Source of the DNA: Thermodesulfobacteriota bacterium
Lineage (GTDB): Bacteria; Desulfobacterota; Desulfobulbia; Desulfobulbales; SURF-16
Reading direction: 5' to 3'
Assembly: GCA_040755455.1 (NCBI GenBank)
Contig: JBFMAY010000034.1
Location: 1 to 46,079 of the forward strand
DNA length: 46,079 bases
Every line of letters starts with the position of its first letter. The first letter of the stretch is position 1. The notes under the pieces are model-generated. The model saw only the letters and a program-made list of their open reading frames with translations, was not told the origin of the DNA and made no database searches. Shown here piece by piece: positions 8,050 through 17,306 of the stretch. A program made the position numbers and the translations under genes.

Positions 8050-10712
8050 GCGCTGATAGACCGCAAATAATTTATCGGCATGATTACCGTGCCCCTGACT
8101 ATCTCATTGATACGGTGCAGCTGCATTTTTTTCTGGAGGAAAAGCAAGCGGTGGTCACCTCCCGTCTGCGTTGCCGCCGCAATGGCCACGGAGGGGCAAA
8201 TCCTCCCCTGGTGCTGGACGGTGAGGAACTGGAGCTGCTGTCGGTTATGCTTGATTCCCGCAAGCTCTCTGAAAATGAGTATGGGCAGGGCAAGGAGTCG
8301 CTCACCATTCATAAGGTGCCGGACAATTTCGAACTGGCGATCACCACCCTGATCCGGCCGCAGGACAACACTTCCCTGGAGGGCCTCTATAAGTCCAGCG
8401 GCAATTTCTGCACCCAGTGCGAGGCACAGGGTTTCAGAAAAATCACCTATTTCCTCGACCGGCCTGATGTGATGAGCCGTTTCACCACCACCATCGAGGC
8501 GGACGATTCCGTGCCGGTGCTGCTTGCCAACGGCAATCTCGTTGAGACAGGCCAGGCGCCGAACGGCCGCCATTACGCCACCTGGCATGATCCCTTTCCC
8601 AAACCCTGCTATCTCTTCGCCCTAGTGGCGGGCGATCTGGTCCGGGTGGCCGATACCCATGTGACCGGCTCCGGCCGCACCATTGATCTGCATATCTATG
8701 TGCAGAAGCATAACAGCGACCAGTGCGGGCATGCCATGCGTTCCCTGAAAAAGGCCATGGCGTGGGATGAGAGGGTTTTCGGGCTGGAGTATGATCTTGA
8801 TCTGTTCATGATTGTGGCGGTGGATGATTTCAATATGGGGGCCATGGAAAACAAGGGCCTGAATGTTTTTAACTCCAAATATGTGCTGGCCAAACCGCAG
8901 ACCGCCACCGATGCCGATTATGCCGGCATTGAGGGGGTGGTGGCCCATGAGTATTTCCATAACTGGACCGGCAACCGGGTGACCTGCCGCGACTGGTTTC
9001 AGCTCTCCCTCAAGGAGGGCCTCACCGTGTTCCGCGATCAGCAGTTTTCCGCGGACATGACCTCCCCTGCGGTGAAGCGACTGACTGATGTGAGAATGCT
9101 GCGCAATCTGCAGTTTGTCGAGGACGGCGGTCCCATGGCCCATCCGGTGCGGCCTGATTCCTATATCGAGATCAACAATTTCTATACGGTGACGGTGTAC
9201 GAAAAGGGAGCGGAGCTGATCCGCATGATCCACACCCTGCTGGGAGCGGATGGTTTTCGCCGGGGCATGGATCTCTATATCGCCCGGCATGACGGCCAGG
9301 CCGTTACCTGCGATGATTTTGTCCGGGCCATGGAGGATGGCGGCGGAGTGGATCTGACGCAGTTCCGCCGCTGGTACAGCCAGGCCGGTACCCCGGAACT
9401 GCGGGTGACAACCCTTTACGATGCAAAGAGCAGGACCTGCACCCTGCAGGTCAGCCAGCATTGTCCGCCCACCCCGGGGCAGGAGGAAAAGGCGCCGCTG
9501 CACATCCCCCTGGCCGTCGGTCTGCTGGGCAGGCGGGGCAAGGATATGCCATTGTCCGTCACCGGCAACAAGAGGGTCACTACGGTGGTGCTGGATGTCC
9601 AGGACAGGGAGCAGTCCTTTACCTTTGCCGACGTCCGGGAAAAACCGGTCCCCTCCCTGCTGCGCGGCTTCAGCGCCCCGGTCAAGCTGCATTATGCCTA
9701 TACGGATGACGAGCTGCGCTTTCTGCTGGCCCATGATGCCGATCCCTTCAACCGCTGGGAGGCCGGGCAGAGGTTGTCCTGCCGCCTGCTGCTGGGTCTG
9801 GTTGCCGACCGGCAGCAGGGAAAAGAGCTGCTGCTCGATGAGGCTTTTGTCGCTGTATTCCAGGGCCTGCTGGCCCAGGAATACAAGATTGATCCGGCTT
9901 TCCTGGCTGAACTGCTGGAGCTGCCCTCGGAAAAATATCTGGGTGAGCAGGTGGCAATCATCGATGTCGAGGCCATTCATCAGGTCAGGCAGTTTGTCCG
10001 CCGCAGTTTGTCCGCCACCCTGCGCGATTATTTTCTCGAAGTCTATCACGCCAACACCAGCATGGAGCCTTATCGTTATGACCAGCAGAGCGCCGGGAAA
10101 AGGAGTCTGAAAAATATTGCCCTGGCCTATCTGATGCAAAACGATGACAAGGCGGTGATGGATATTTGCCTGCGCCAGTTTGAACAGTCGGGCAACATGA
10201 CCGATACGCTGGCAGCCCTGCAGGCCATTGTCCATAACCCTGACTGCCCGGAACGCAAGAGCGTGCTGGTCTCTTTCTTCAGCGAATGGCAGCGGGATAC
10301 CCTGGTGCTGGACAAGTGGTTTTCCCTGCAGGCCACGGCTCCTCTGCCGCAGACCCTGGATGAGGTGCAATCACTGCTGGCGCATCCGGCGTTTTCCTTG
10401 AAAAATCCCAACAAGGTAAGGGCATTGATCGGCGCCTTCTGCGGGTCGAATCAGCTCTGTTTCCATGATAAAAGCGGGGCGGGTTATCGTTTCCTCGCCG
10501 ATCAGGTGCTGGCCATCGACCGTTTCAACCACCAGATTGCCGCCCGGATGCTGGCGCCGCTCAGCCGCTGGCAGCGTTTTGACGTCTCCCGGCAGCATTT
10601 GATGTGTCGGCAGCTGGAGAGAATTCTAGCCAGCGAAGAACTCTCCAAGGATGTTTATGAGGTGGCCTCAAAGAGCCTACAGGCAGCCTCCCCCGTGTCT
10701 GCCCGCAAGTAA
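8046..10712 (+). CDS. pepN: Aminopeptidase N (M1 family)
   Basis: GAMEN and HEYFHNW...KE zinc motifs; TVYEKG; NPNKVRALIG C-terminal domain; ATGA overlap with the upstream gene. Confidence 0.97.
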   Translation: MSADRPQIIYRHDYRAPDYLIDTVQLHFFLEEKQAVVTSRLRCRRNGHGGANPPLVLDGEELELLSVMLDSRKLSENEYGQGKESLTIHKVPDNFELAITTLIRPQDNTSLEGLYKSSGNFCTQCEAQGFRKITYFLDRPDVMSRFTTTIEADDSVPVLLANGNLVETGQAPNGRHYATWHDPFPKPCYLFALVAGDLVRVADTHVTGSGRTIDLHIYVQKHNSDQCGHAMRSLKKAMAWDERVFGLEYDLDLFMIVAVDDFNMGAMENKGLNVFNSKYVLAKPQTATDADYAGIEGVVAHEYFHNWTGNRVTCRDWFQLSLKEGLTVFRDQQFSADMTSPAVKRLTDVRMLRNLQFVEDGGPMAHPVRPDSYIEINNFYTVTVYEKGAELIRMIHTLLGADGFRRGMDLYIARHDGQAVTCDDFVRAMEDGGGVDLTQFRRWYSQAGTPELRVTTLYDAKSRTCTLQVSQHCPPTPGQEEKAPLHIPLAVGLLGRRGKDMPLSVTGNKRVTTVVLDVQDREQSFTFADVREKPVPSLLRGFSAPVKLHYAYTDDELRFLLAHDADPFNRWEAGQRLSCRLLLGLVADRQQGKELLLDEAFVAVFQGLLAQEYKIDPAFLAELLELPSEKYLGEQVAIIDVEAIHQVRQFVRRSLSATLRDYFLEVYHANTSMEPYRYDQQSAGKRSLKNIALAYLMQNDDKAVMDICLRQFEQSGNMTDTLAALQAIVHNPDCPERKSVLVSFFSEWQRDTLVLDKWFSLQATAPLPQTLDEVQSLLAHPAFSLKNPNKVRALIGAFCGSNQLCFHDKSGAGYRFLADQVLAIDRFNHQIAARMLAPLSRWQRFDVSRQHLMCRQLERILASEELSKDVYEVASKSLQAASPVSARK

Positions 10713-10760
10713 GCGGAAATCAGCATTTTCATGGTTTCACCTGAAAAATAAAGGACTGCT

Positions 10761-11126
10761 ATGGATATTTCAAAAACAATAGCCAAGATGAAGCAAAATC
10801 CGGGCTTTGCCGATAATGTGGGCATGGTGCTGGTCCACAACGGCGTGGTCAGGGCCTGGTCCCGCAAGGGCAAGGAAAATGTCACCTCTCTTGAGGTTAC
10901 CCCTGATCTTGCCAAGATTGAGGCAATCAGGCGGGAGTTTCTCGCCAAAGAGGGAATTTTCGATATCATCATTGAGGCAAAATCAGGAAGGTTCAAGCCG
11001 GGAGATGATCTTCTCTTCATTGTGGTGGCCGGTGACCTGCGGGAAAACGTCAAACCGGTGCTGGCAGATGTTCTTGATCGAGTAAAAGCTGAGGCCATTG
11101 CAAAAAAAGAGGTTGTCTCTGCTTGA
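10761..11126 (+). CDS. moaE: Molybdopterin synthase catalytic subunit (MoaE family)
   Basis: VGMVLVHNGVVR, VAGDLRE and DRVK...KKE motifs. Confidence 0.8.
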   Translation: MDISKTIAKMKQNPGFADNVGMVLVHNGVVRAWSRKGKENVTSLEVTPDLAKIEAIRREFLAKEGIFDIIIEAKSGRFKPGDDLLFIVVAGDLRENVKPVLADVLDRVKAEAIAKKEVVSA

Positions 11127-11295
11127 AAAACTACTTGTATTAGGGTAGATAGTTTCCTTTCTCAATTGTTGATGGCTTTGAAAGAAATGATCGCACCTCC
11201 GGTGCGCAGGTAGGCCCTCCGGCTTATCGTTACCAATTCCCGCATACTGCCTTTTTTCAGAGCTGTTCATTACCTGCTCAACATGGAGTTGACTT

Positions 11296-11859
11296 ATGTA
11301 TACCGCATCAGATTTACGCAAAGGGCTCAAGGTTGAAATTGATGGTGAACCTTATATTGTCACCGACTTTCAGTTTTCCAAACCGGGCAAGGGACAGGCC
11401 CTCTACCGGACCCGACTGAAGAATATGGTTACCGGCAATGCCTTTGAAAGAACATTCCGTTCCAATGACAAATTTCAGCGGGCGCCCCTGGAAGAACGCA
11501 CCATGCAGTTTCTCTATTCCCAGGGAGATGAATTCCATTTCATGGATAACAAAACCTTTGAGCAGATTGTCATCTCCAGGGAGCAGCTGGGTGATAACAT
11601 CAATTTCCTGATTGATAATATGGAGGTTGATGTGCTGCTGTTCAAGGAACGGCCCATCGGGGTGACCCTGCCGAATTTCGTCAATCTGGTGGTGACCAAG
11701 GCAGATCCCTGGGCCAAGGGTGATACCAGCGGCTCGGATACCAAGCCGGTCACGGTCCAGACCGGCTATACCCTGCAGGTGCCGCCTTTTATCGGGGAGG
11801 GGGACAAGCTGCAGATCGACACCCGCACCGGCCAGTACCTGACCAGGGTCAAGGAGTAG
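11296..11859 (+). CDS. efp: Translation elongation factor P
   Basis: DLRKG, KPGKGQA loop, KGDT, VPPFIGEGDKLQIDTRTGQYL. Confidence 0.98.
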   Translation: MYTASDLRKGLKVEIDGEPYIVTDFQFSKPGKGQALYRTRLKNMVTGNAFERTFRSNDKFQRAPLEERTMQFLYSQGDEFHFMDNKTFEQIVISREQLGDNINFLIDNMEVDVLLFKERPIGVTLPNFVNLVVTKADPWAKGDTSGSDTKPVTVQTGYTLQVPPFIGEGDKLQIDTRTGQYLTRVKE

Positions 11860-11864
11860 GCTGT

Positions 11865-12755
11865 TTGGCGTATTCCTTTCTCCGCCGCAGGGCGGAAATC
11901 ATCCAGGCCATCCGCACTTTTTTCATCAACAGGGAGTATCTGGAGGTCGATACTCCCATCCGCCTTCCCTGTCTCATCCCCGAAGCCCATATCGAGCCGG
12001 AGGAATCCTCCGGCTGGTTTCTGCAGACCTCCCCGGAGATGTGCATGAAGCGGCTGCTGGCCGCAGGACAGAGGCGGATTTTCCAGATTTGCCGGTGCTT
12101 TCGCAGGGCAGAGCGCGGTGCGCGCCATCTGCCCGAATTCACCATGCTTGAGTGGTACCGGGCCGGTATTGATTATGTGGCGCTCATGGCTGAATGCGCC
12201 GAGCTGCTCCGTTTTGTCGCCGCTCAAGTCGATTCTCCGGCCCGGTCTGCCGCGGCCCTGCTGCTGCAGACTGACTGGGAGTATCTCCCCGTCCGCCGGG
12301 CCTTTGCCCTTTATGCCCCGGTCTCCGCCGACCGGGCCCTGGCGGAAGGCTCGTTTGATGAAATGCTGGTCAGATACGTCGAGCCCAATCTGGGCAAGGT
12401 GCGGCCGACATTTCTTCATGACTATCCGGCCGCTCTTGGTGCCCTGGCCCGTTTGAAAAATGGGGATAACAGTGTGGCCGAACGCTTTGAGCTGTATGTC
12501 GACGGCCTGGAATTGGCCAACGGCTTTTCCGAGCTGACCGATGTGGACGAGCAGCGGCGGCGGTTCGTCAAGGAAAGGGCCAGCATGGAGGAACAGGGGC
12601 GCCACCCCGGCCCCATGCCGGACAGATTTCTGGCCGACCTGGAAGAGCTGCAGTCAGCCGCCGGGATCGCCCTGGGGGTGGACCGGCTGGTGATGCTGCT
12701 GTGTGGCGCCCAATGCATTGATGAGGTGGTTGCCTTTACCCCGGAAATCCTTTAG
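11865..12755 (+). CDS. epmA: EF-P lysine aminoacylase (EpmA/GenX)
   Basis: LysRS-like catalytic core without an anticodon domain: LQTSPE..MKRLL, HLPEFTMLEWY, ERFELYVDGLELANGF, GIALGVDRL; adjacent to efp; TTG start. Confidence 0.92.
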   Translation: MAYSFLRRRAEIIQAIRTFFINREYLEVDTPIRLPCLIPEAHIEPEESSGWFLQTSPEMCMKRLLAAGQRRIFQICRCFRRAERGARHLPEFTMLEWYRAGIDYVALMAECAELLRFVAAQVDSPARSAAALLLQTDWEYLPVRRAFALYAPVSADRALAEGSFDEMLVRYVEPNLGKVRPTFLHDYPAALGALARLKNGDNSVAERFELYVDGLELANGFSELTDVDEQRRRFVKERASMEEQGRHPGPMPDRFLADLEELQSAAGIALGVDRLVMLLCGAQCIDEVVAFTPEIL

Positions 12756-12772
12756 GGCAGACGGGCTTCTTG

Positions 12773-13048
12773 TTATTCCGGTTGCTCTTGTTTGCCCTTG
12801 GCCCTGCTGCGCCGTTCCAGTTCTTTGTTCAGCTGCTTTTCCTCATGATCATTGCCGCCGGGCGGCACATGGCCTTTCAGCATATCCACCAGCACATCAA
12901 ACGGGTCGAGCGGGGCGCCGCAGATAAAACAGTTCACCGTACGGTAATAGGTGTAGGCGATCACCTGTTTGTGGTCGCAGGCAGCTGGCCGGGGGCTTAA
13001 GGCCTTCGGCTTTTTCCTTGATTGGTTGATGCTGATGATTTTGGCCAT
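12773..13048 (-). CDS. Small hypothetical protein with CxH...CxxC putative zinc site
   Basis: ATG preceded by GAGGG; motif CDHKQV...VNCFICGAPLDPF; fills the gap between epmA and the ZIP gene. Confidence 0.6.
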   Translation of the reverse strand: MAKIISINQSRKKPKALSPRPAACDHKQVIAYTYYRTVNCFICGAPLDPFDVLVDMLKGHVPPGGNDHEEKQLNKELERRSRAKGKQEQPE

Positions 13049-13091
13049 GGTGCCCTCACGATGATAACAGGGGTGGGGAGGTGAGCTTTTA

Positions 13092-13133
13092 TTGCATTGT
13101 CTGCCTTTTGCCTCTATAATTTTTTTGATTATA
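13092..13133 (+). promoter_or_regulatory. Sigma70-type promoter for the ZIP gene with an overlapping inverted repeat
   Basis: TTGCAT (13092-13097), N17, TATAAT (13115-13120). TATAAT-N7-ATTATA inverted repeat spans 13115-13133. Confidence 0.5.
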
Positions 13134-13194
13134 AATCTCCGGCGAGGCGTTTCCTATCTCTTCCGGTAATGACGAACGGCAACAAAGAAAGCAC

Positions 13195-14010
13195 ATGATA
13201 GAATACCTGCAACAGTGCCACCCCATTGCCCAGGCCCTGCTGGCCACCCTGTTCACCTGGCTGGTGACCGCCGCCGGCGCAAGTCTTGTTTTTGTCACAA
13301 AAAAAGTGAATGCCAAAGTCATGGACTCCATGCTGGGCTTTGCCGCCGGGGTGATGATCGCCGCAAGTTTCTGGTCATTGCTGGCGCCCGGCATAGAGAT
13401 GGCGGGGCAGCTCGGCGGCATTCCCTGGCTGACCGCGGCAGTGGGGTTTCTCGGCGGCGGGATCTTCATGCGGCTGATCGATATGTTCCTGCCCCACCTG
13501 CATCCCGGTCTGGCCATGTCCCAGAGTGAGGGAATCAAGACTTCCTGGCAGCGCAGCACCCTGCTGGTGCTGGCCATAACCCTGCATAATATTCCCGAGG
13601 GCATGGCGGTGGGGGTTGCCTTTGGGGCGGCCGGGGCCGGCCTGCCCGCCGCCACCATCGGCTCTGCCCTGGCCCTGGCCATGGGCATCGGCCTGCAGAA
13701 TTTCCCTGAGGGGGCGGCGGTCTCTCTGCCCCTGCGCCGGGAGGGGATGGGCCGCTGGAAAAGTTTCCTGTATGGCCAGAGTTCCGGGCTGGTGGAGCCG
13801 GTGGCCGGTGTATTGGGGGCCTATTTTGTCATGCAGATGCAGAGCATCCTTCCCTATGCCCTCTGTTTTGCCGCCGGCGCCATGATCTTTGTCGTGGTGG
13901 AGGAGCTGATCCCTGAGTCCCAGCACAATGAGAAGAATATCGACGTGGTCACCATGGCCACCATGGGCGGTTTTACCCTGATGATGATTCTGGATGTGGC
14001 CCTGGGCTAA
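13195..14010 (+). CDS. ZIP (GufA/ZupT-like) divalent metal transporter
   Basis: GFAAGVM, LPHLH, ITLHNIPEGMAVG, LQNFPEG and ELIPE motifs; multiple TM helices. Confidence 0.92.
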   Translation: MIEYLQQCHPIAQALLATLFTWLVTAAGASLVFVTKKVNAKVMDSMLGFAAGVMIAASFWSLLAPGIEMAGQLGGIPWLTAAVGFLGGGIFMRLIDMFLPHLHPGLAMSQSEGIKTSWQRSTLLVLAITLHNIPEGMAVGVAFGAAGAGLPAATIGSALALAMGIGLQNFPEGAAVSLPLRREGMGRWKSFLYGQSSGLVEPVAGVLGAYFVMQMQSILPYALCFAAGAMIFVVVEELIPESQHNEKNIDVVTMATMGGFTLMMILDVALG

Positions 14011-14014
14011 GTCC

Positions 14015-15805
14015 TTATTTCCCCTGTTCCACCCGCATGATCTGAAAGGCGCCGAGCTGGGGGATGCCCCCCTGGGTCAGCCGTTCTCCCTCCACCACGG
14101 CCAGCACGTCTCCGGCCGACACATGGCCTTTCTTCACCGCTTCTTCCCTGGCGCGCAGCACCACCTGATCGCGGGTGAGTTTTTCCTTGATGATGATTGG
14201 GGTGATGTTTTTGTAGATACAGGAATGACGGGCCACATGCACGGAATTGGTGACGAGCAGGGTGGGCACGGACCGGTTCCATTTGGACAGATGCCGGTAA
14301 ATTTCCCCCTTGAAATCAATCACCATCACCGCTGCGGCATTGCCGAGACTAGCAGCGGCAGCCAGGGCGGGGTTGAAACCCTGCTGGTTTTTCATCAGTT
14401 CACAGTGGTCGTTGCCCGGCTCCGCATGGCTCTCCTCCTCGCTGATGATCGAGGCCATGGTGCGGACCACGTTGACCGGGTCAACGCCCACGGCGGTCTC
14501 GCCGGACAGCATCACCGCATCGGTTCCCTCCCGCACCGCGACGCTGACATCCGTCACCTCGGCCCTGGTGGGGCGGTGATTGGTAGTCATGCTGTCCAGC
14601 ATCTGGGTGGCGGTGATCACCGGCACGTTGGCCAGCCAGCAGCGCTTGATAATCTCGCGCTGCACCCAGGGCACCCTGGAGGCGGGCAGTTCAACCCCCA
14701 TATCACCCCTGGCGATCATGATGGCATCGGTGACCTTGATGATTTCATCGATATTTTCCACCGCCTCCGGTTTCTCAATCTTGGCCACCACCTTCAGATT
14801 CCTTTTCCCGCCGCTGATCAGCTTTTTCACCTCGATAATGTCATTGGCCGACCGGACAAAGGAGAGGGCGGCAAAATCGATGGAATGCTCAAGCCCCCAG
14901 GCAAGATCCTGCCGGTCCTTGTCCGTGACGCTCGGCAGGGACAGGGGGGTGGCCGGCAGGTTGATGCCCTTGCTTGATTTGAGCGTGCCGCCGATCACCA
15001 CCCGGCAGGTGACCTCGCTGTTGCCCGCTTCCTCGACGACCAGCTCCAGCAGGCCGTCGTCAAGCAGCACCGGGTCGCCGACCCGCAGATCGGTCAGAAT
15101 CTCCGGGGCAATGGTGGAGAAGCGCTCGGCGGTCCCTGCAACCGGATCAGCCTGGATAATGACCCGGCTGCCCGCCACAAGGCCGGCTTTGCCGTCCCGC
15201 ATCAGGCCGGTTCTGATCTTCGGGCCGCACAGATCCATGAGGATTCCCACCGGCCTCGACCATTTTTCCTCCACCTCACGCACCGCCCTGAGCCTTTTTT
15301 CGTGTTCCTCATATGTGCCGTGGGAGAAGTTGAGCCGGGCGATATCCATGCCGGCAAGCATCATCTGGCCCAATATCTCCGGTGATTCCGAGGCCGGTCC
15401 CACGGTGCAGACAATCCTGGCGAGTTTTCGCACATTTTCCGTGGAATAGGCCTTCACCCGTTCAATGATTTCCTTGAGCCCTGCGGTTTTGACGGGTTTG
15501 GGCAGAAAGCCGATGACATTGGCAAAGCGGCCCAGACGCTGCCGGATCGTCTTTTCATCTAGGCTGGAGGAGATGGCGACGATGGGACATTGCGGCGAGA
15601 TGACCTGCATGGCCTCCATGAATTTGAAGCCGTCCCACTGCGGCATGGTGAGATCGGTAATGACCAGATGGTAATGCCTTGAGGTGGCCCGGTGAAAGCC
15701 CTGCTGGCCGTTTTCAACCGCATCAACCCGGTGGCCCAGTTTGACCAGCTGAGCTGTGAGCATCTTGCTGACAACCGGTGAGTCTTCAAGCAGGAGAATA
15801 TGCAT
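14015..15805 (-). CDS. pyk: Pyruvate kinase with an N-terminal response-regulator receiver domain
   Basis: REC: HILLLEDS...VITDLTMP...AISS...FLPKPV. PK: IVCTVGPAS, RLNFSHG, GPKIR, AKIE, ARGDMGVE, ATQMLDSM, PTRAE, VMLSGETA. Start taken at MHILL (15805), which follows AAGGA; 15850 is an alternative. Confidence 0.9.
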   Translation of the reverse strand: MHILLLEDSPVVSKMLTAQLVKLGHRVDAVENGQQGFHRATSRHYHLVITDLTMPQWDGFKFMEAMQVISPQCPIVAISSSLDEKTIRQRLGRFANVIGFLPKPVKTAGLKEIIERVKAYSTENVRKLARIVCTVGPASESPEILGQMMLAGMDIARLNFSHGTYEEHEKRLRAVREVEEKWSRPVGILMDLCGPKIRTGLMRDGKAGLVAGSRVIIQADPVAGTAERFSTIAPEILTDLRVGDPVLLDDGLLELVVEEAGNSEVTCRVVIGGTLKSSKGINLPATPLSLPSVTDKDRQDLAWGLEHSIDFAALSFVRSANDIIEVKKLISGGKRNLKVVAKIEKPEAVENIDEIIKVTDAIMIARGDMGVELPASRVPWVQREIIKRCWLANVPVITATQMLDSMTTNHRPTRAEVTDVSVAVREGTDAVMLSGETAVGVDPVNVVRTMASIISEEESHAEPGNDHCELMKNQQGFNPALAAAASLGNAAAVMVIDFKGEIYRHLSKWNRSVPTLLVTNSVHVARHSCIYKNITPIIIKEKLTRDQVVLRAREEAVKKGHVSAGDVLAVVEGERLTQGGIPQLGAFQIMRVEQGK

Positions 15806-15983
15806 TTCCGTGTCCTTTTTTGGCAATGACGGCAGAGGTGATGTGTTCATTTACTACAATTGATCATAGCAAAAAATAAATAACCCGGTTGTGAAATGTG
15901 GAAGAGTCCGAGGATTTTTTGCGGCCGCGCGGCGGATGGGGGAAGCCGGGGTAATTTCCCTGATCAAGGGATTGGGTATTTTT

Positions 15984-16012
15984 TTGACAGATGCCGCGGG
16001 AAAAAGTATAAA
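15984..16012 (+). promoter_or_regulatory. Near-consensus sigma70 promoter for the SBP-kinase operon
   Basis: TTGACA (15984-15989), N17, TATAAA (16007-16012). Confidence 0.65.
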
Positions 16013-16175
16013 TTGAATAAGAACGGCGCATGTATAGCTCTTGACCGGCGTTCTGCGCCAGCTTGCCTGTCAACCTTTCCGGCCTGAGCGGTGTCTGGTT
16101 CGGCCGTGCCCTGGCAGATGTTGCCTTGCCTTATGTCTGTTTCGGCTCCTGATCGCGCCATGTGAGGAGAAAACG

Positions 16176-17306
16176 ATGAGAGTTCCGACAAAATTCCTTT
16201 GTCTCCTGCTGGGACTGCTGGCCCTGCTGTCCGCCTCAGGGTGCCGGCAGGCCCAGAAGCCGGTGCCGCTTCTCCACCTTGGCCACGCGCCCCATGATCA
16301 TCACTCTCCTCTTTATATTGCGGCCATGAATCCTGGATATATGAAGAGCCATGGCGGCATTTATCTCAAGGAAATCGTTTTCCGGCAGGAATATGAGCTG
16401 ATTGATCATGACCGAACCCTGGCCAGGGTGTCTATCGATGCCACCGCCGGCGGCAATGAGCTTATCCGCCGCCTGTCAGAAGGGCTCTTTGACATGTCCT
16501 TCGGTGGGGTGCCGGCCATGCTCGGTTTCATTGATCAGGGAAGTCGCTTCAAGATCGTTGCCCCGGTGATGAGCGAAGGGGCGGGACTTGTGGTCCAGCG
16601 TGCTCTGCCGGTCGACAACTGGCAGGATTTTCTCGATTATATCCGGCAGAGCCCAAGACCGGTGAAAATTGGCTATAAAATTGCCGTCTCGGTGCAGAAT
16701 CTCATCTTGGCCCAGGCCCTGCAGGAGTCAGGCATTACCTGTTCCGATGATCCGCAGGACACCTCGGCCAAGGTATTGCTGGTGAATCTCTTTGGGGCAA
16801 AGAACCTCATCCCTGCCATGGAAAACGGGCTGATAGACGGTTTTGTCACCATGCAGCCCTATATAGCCATGGCGGAGGAGCGCGGCACCGGCAAAGCGGT
16901 CGCCATGCTGCAGGAACTGCCGCCTGCCGGCAAATGGCAGGGCGCTCCCTGTTGCGCCCTGGCCGCCAGTGATGACTATGTCGCCAGTAATCCCCAGGTG
17001 GTGCAGGCCATGATCACCTTGAACCTGCGGGCCATAGCCCTGCTCAACATGGACCCGGCAAGAAGCGCGGAACAGATTGCCCGGTGGCTCGATACCCCGG
17101 CCGCGGTTGAAATGAAATCCATCCCGACCATCAGGTTTCTCCAGGATTACGGTAAGGATTGGGAGCGGGGGCTGGCCTTGTGGGTGGATGACATGATTAA
17201 AAACGGGATGCTGAAGGGCAGAGTGAAAGAGGCATCTGCCAACGGCAGGCTGGACGAGGTGATTTATAACCGGGAACTATTCGACAAGGCGAAGAAAAAT
17301 CTGTGA
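16176..17306 (+). CDS. NMT1/SsuA/NitT-TauT-like solute-binding lipoprotein
   Basis: ATG at 16176 after GAGGAG; lipobox-like LSASGC; HAPHDHHSPL, DMSFGGVPA, SVQNLIL and WQGAPCCAL motifs. Confidence 0.75.
   Translation: MRVPTKFLCLLLGLLALLSASGCRQAQKPVPLLHLGHAPHDHHSPLYIAAMNPGYMKSHGGIYLKEIVFRQEYELIDHDRTLARVSIDATAGGNELIRRLSEGLFDMSFGGVPAMLGFIDQGSRFKIVAPVMSEGAGLVVQRALPVDNWQDFLDYIRQSPRPVKIGYKIAVSVQNLILAQALQESGITCSDDPQDTSAKVLLVNLFGAKNLIPAMENGLIDGFVTMQPYIAMAEERGTGKAVAMLQELPPAGKWQGAPCCALAASDDYVASNPQVVQAMITLNLRAIALLNMDPARSAEQIARWLDTPAAVEMKSIPTIRFLQDYGKDWERGLALWVDDMIKNGMLKGRVKEASANGRLDEVIYNRELFDKAKKNL

Noticed and set aside
11296..12755. efp-epmA without epmB
   Set aside because: epmB is often encoded elsewhere, so its absence from one window is uninformative.
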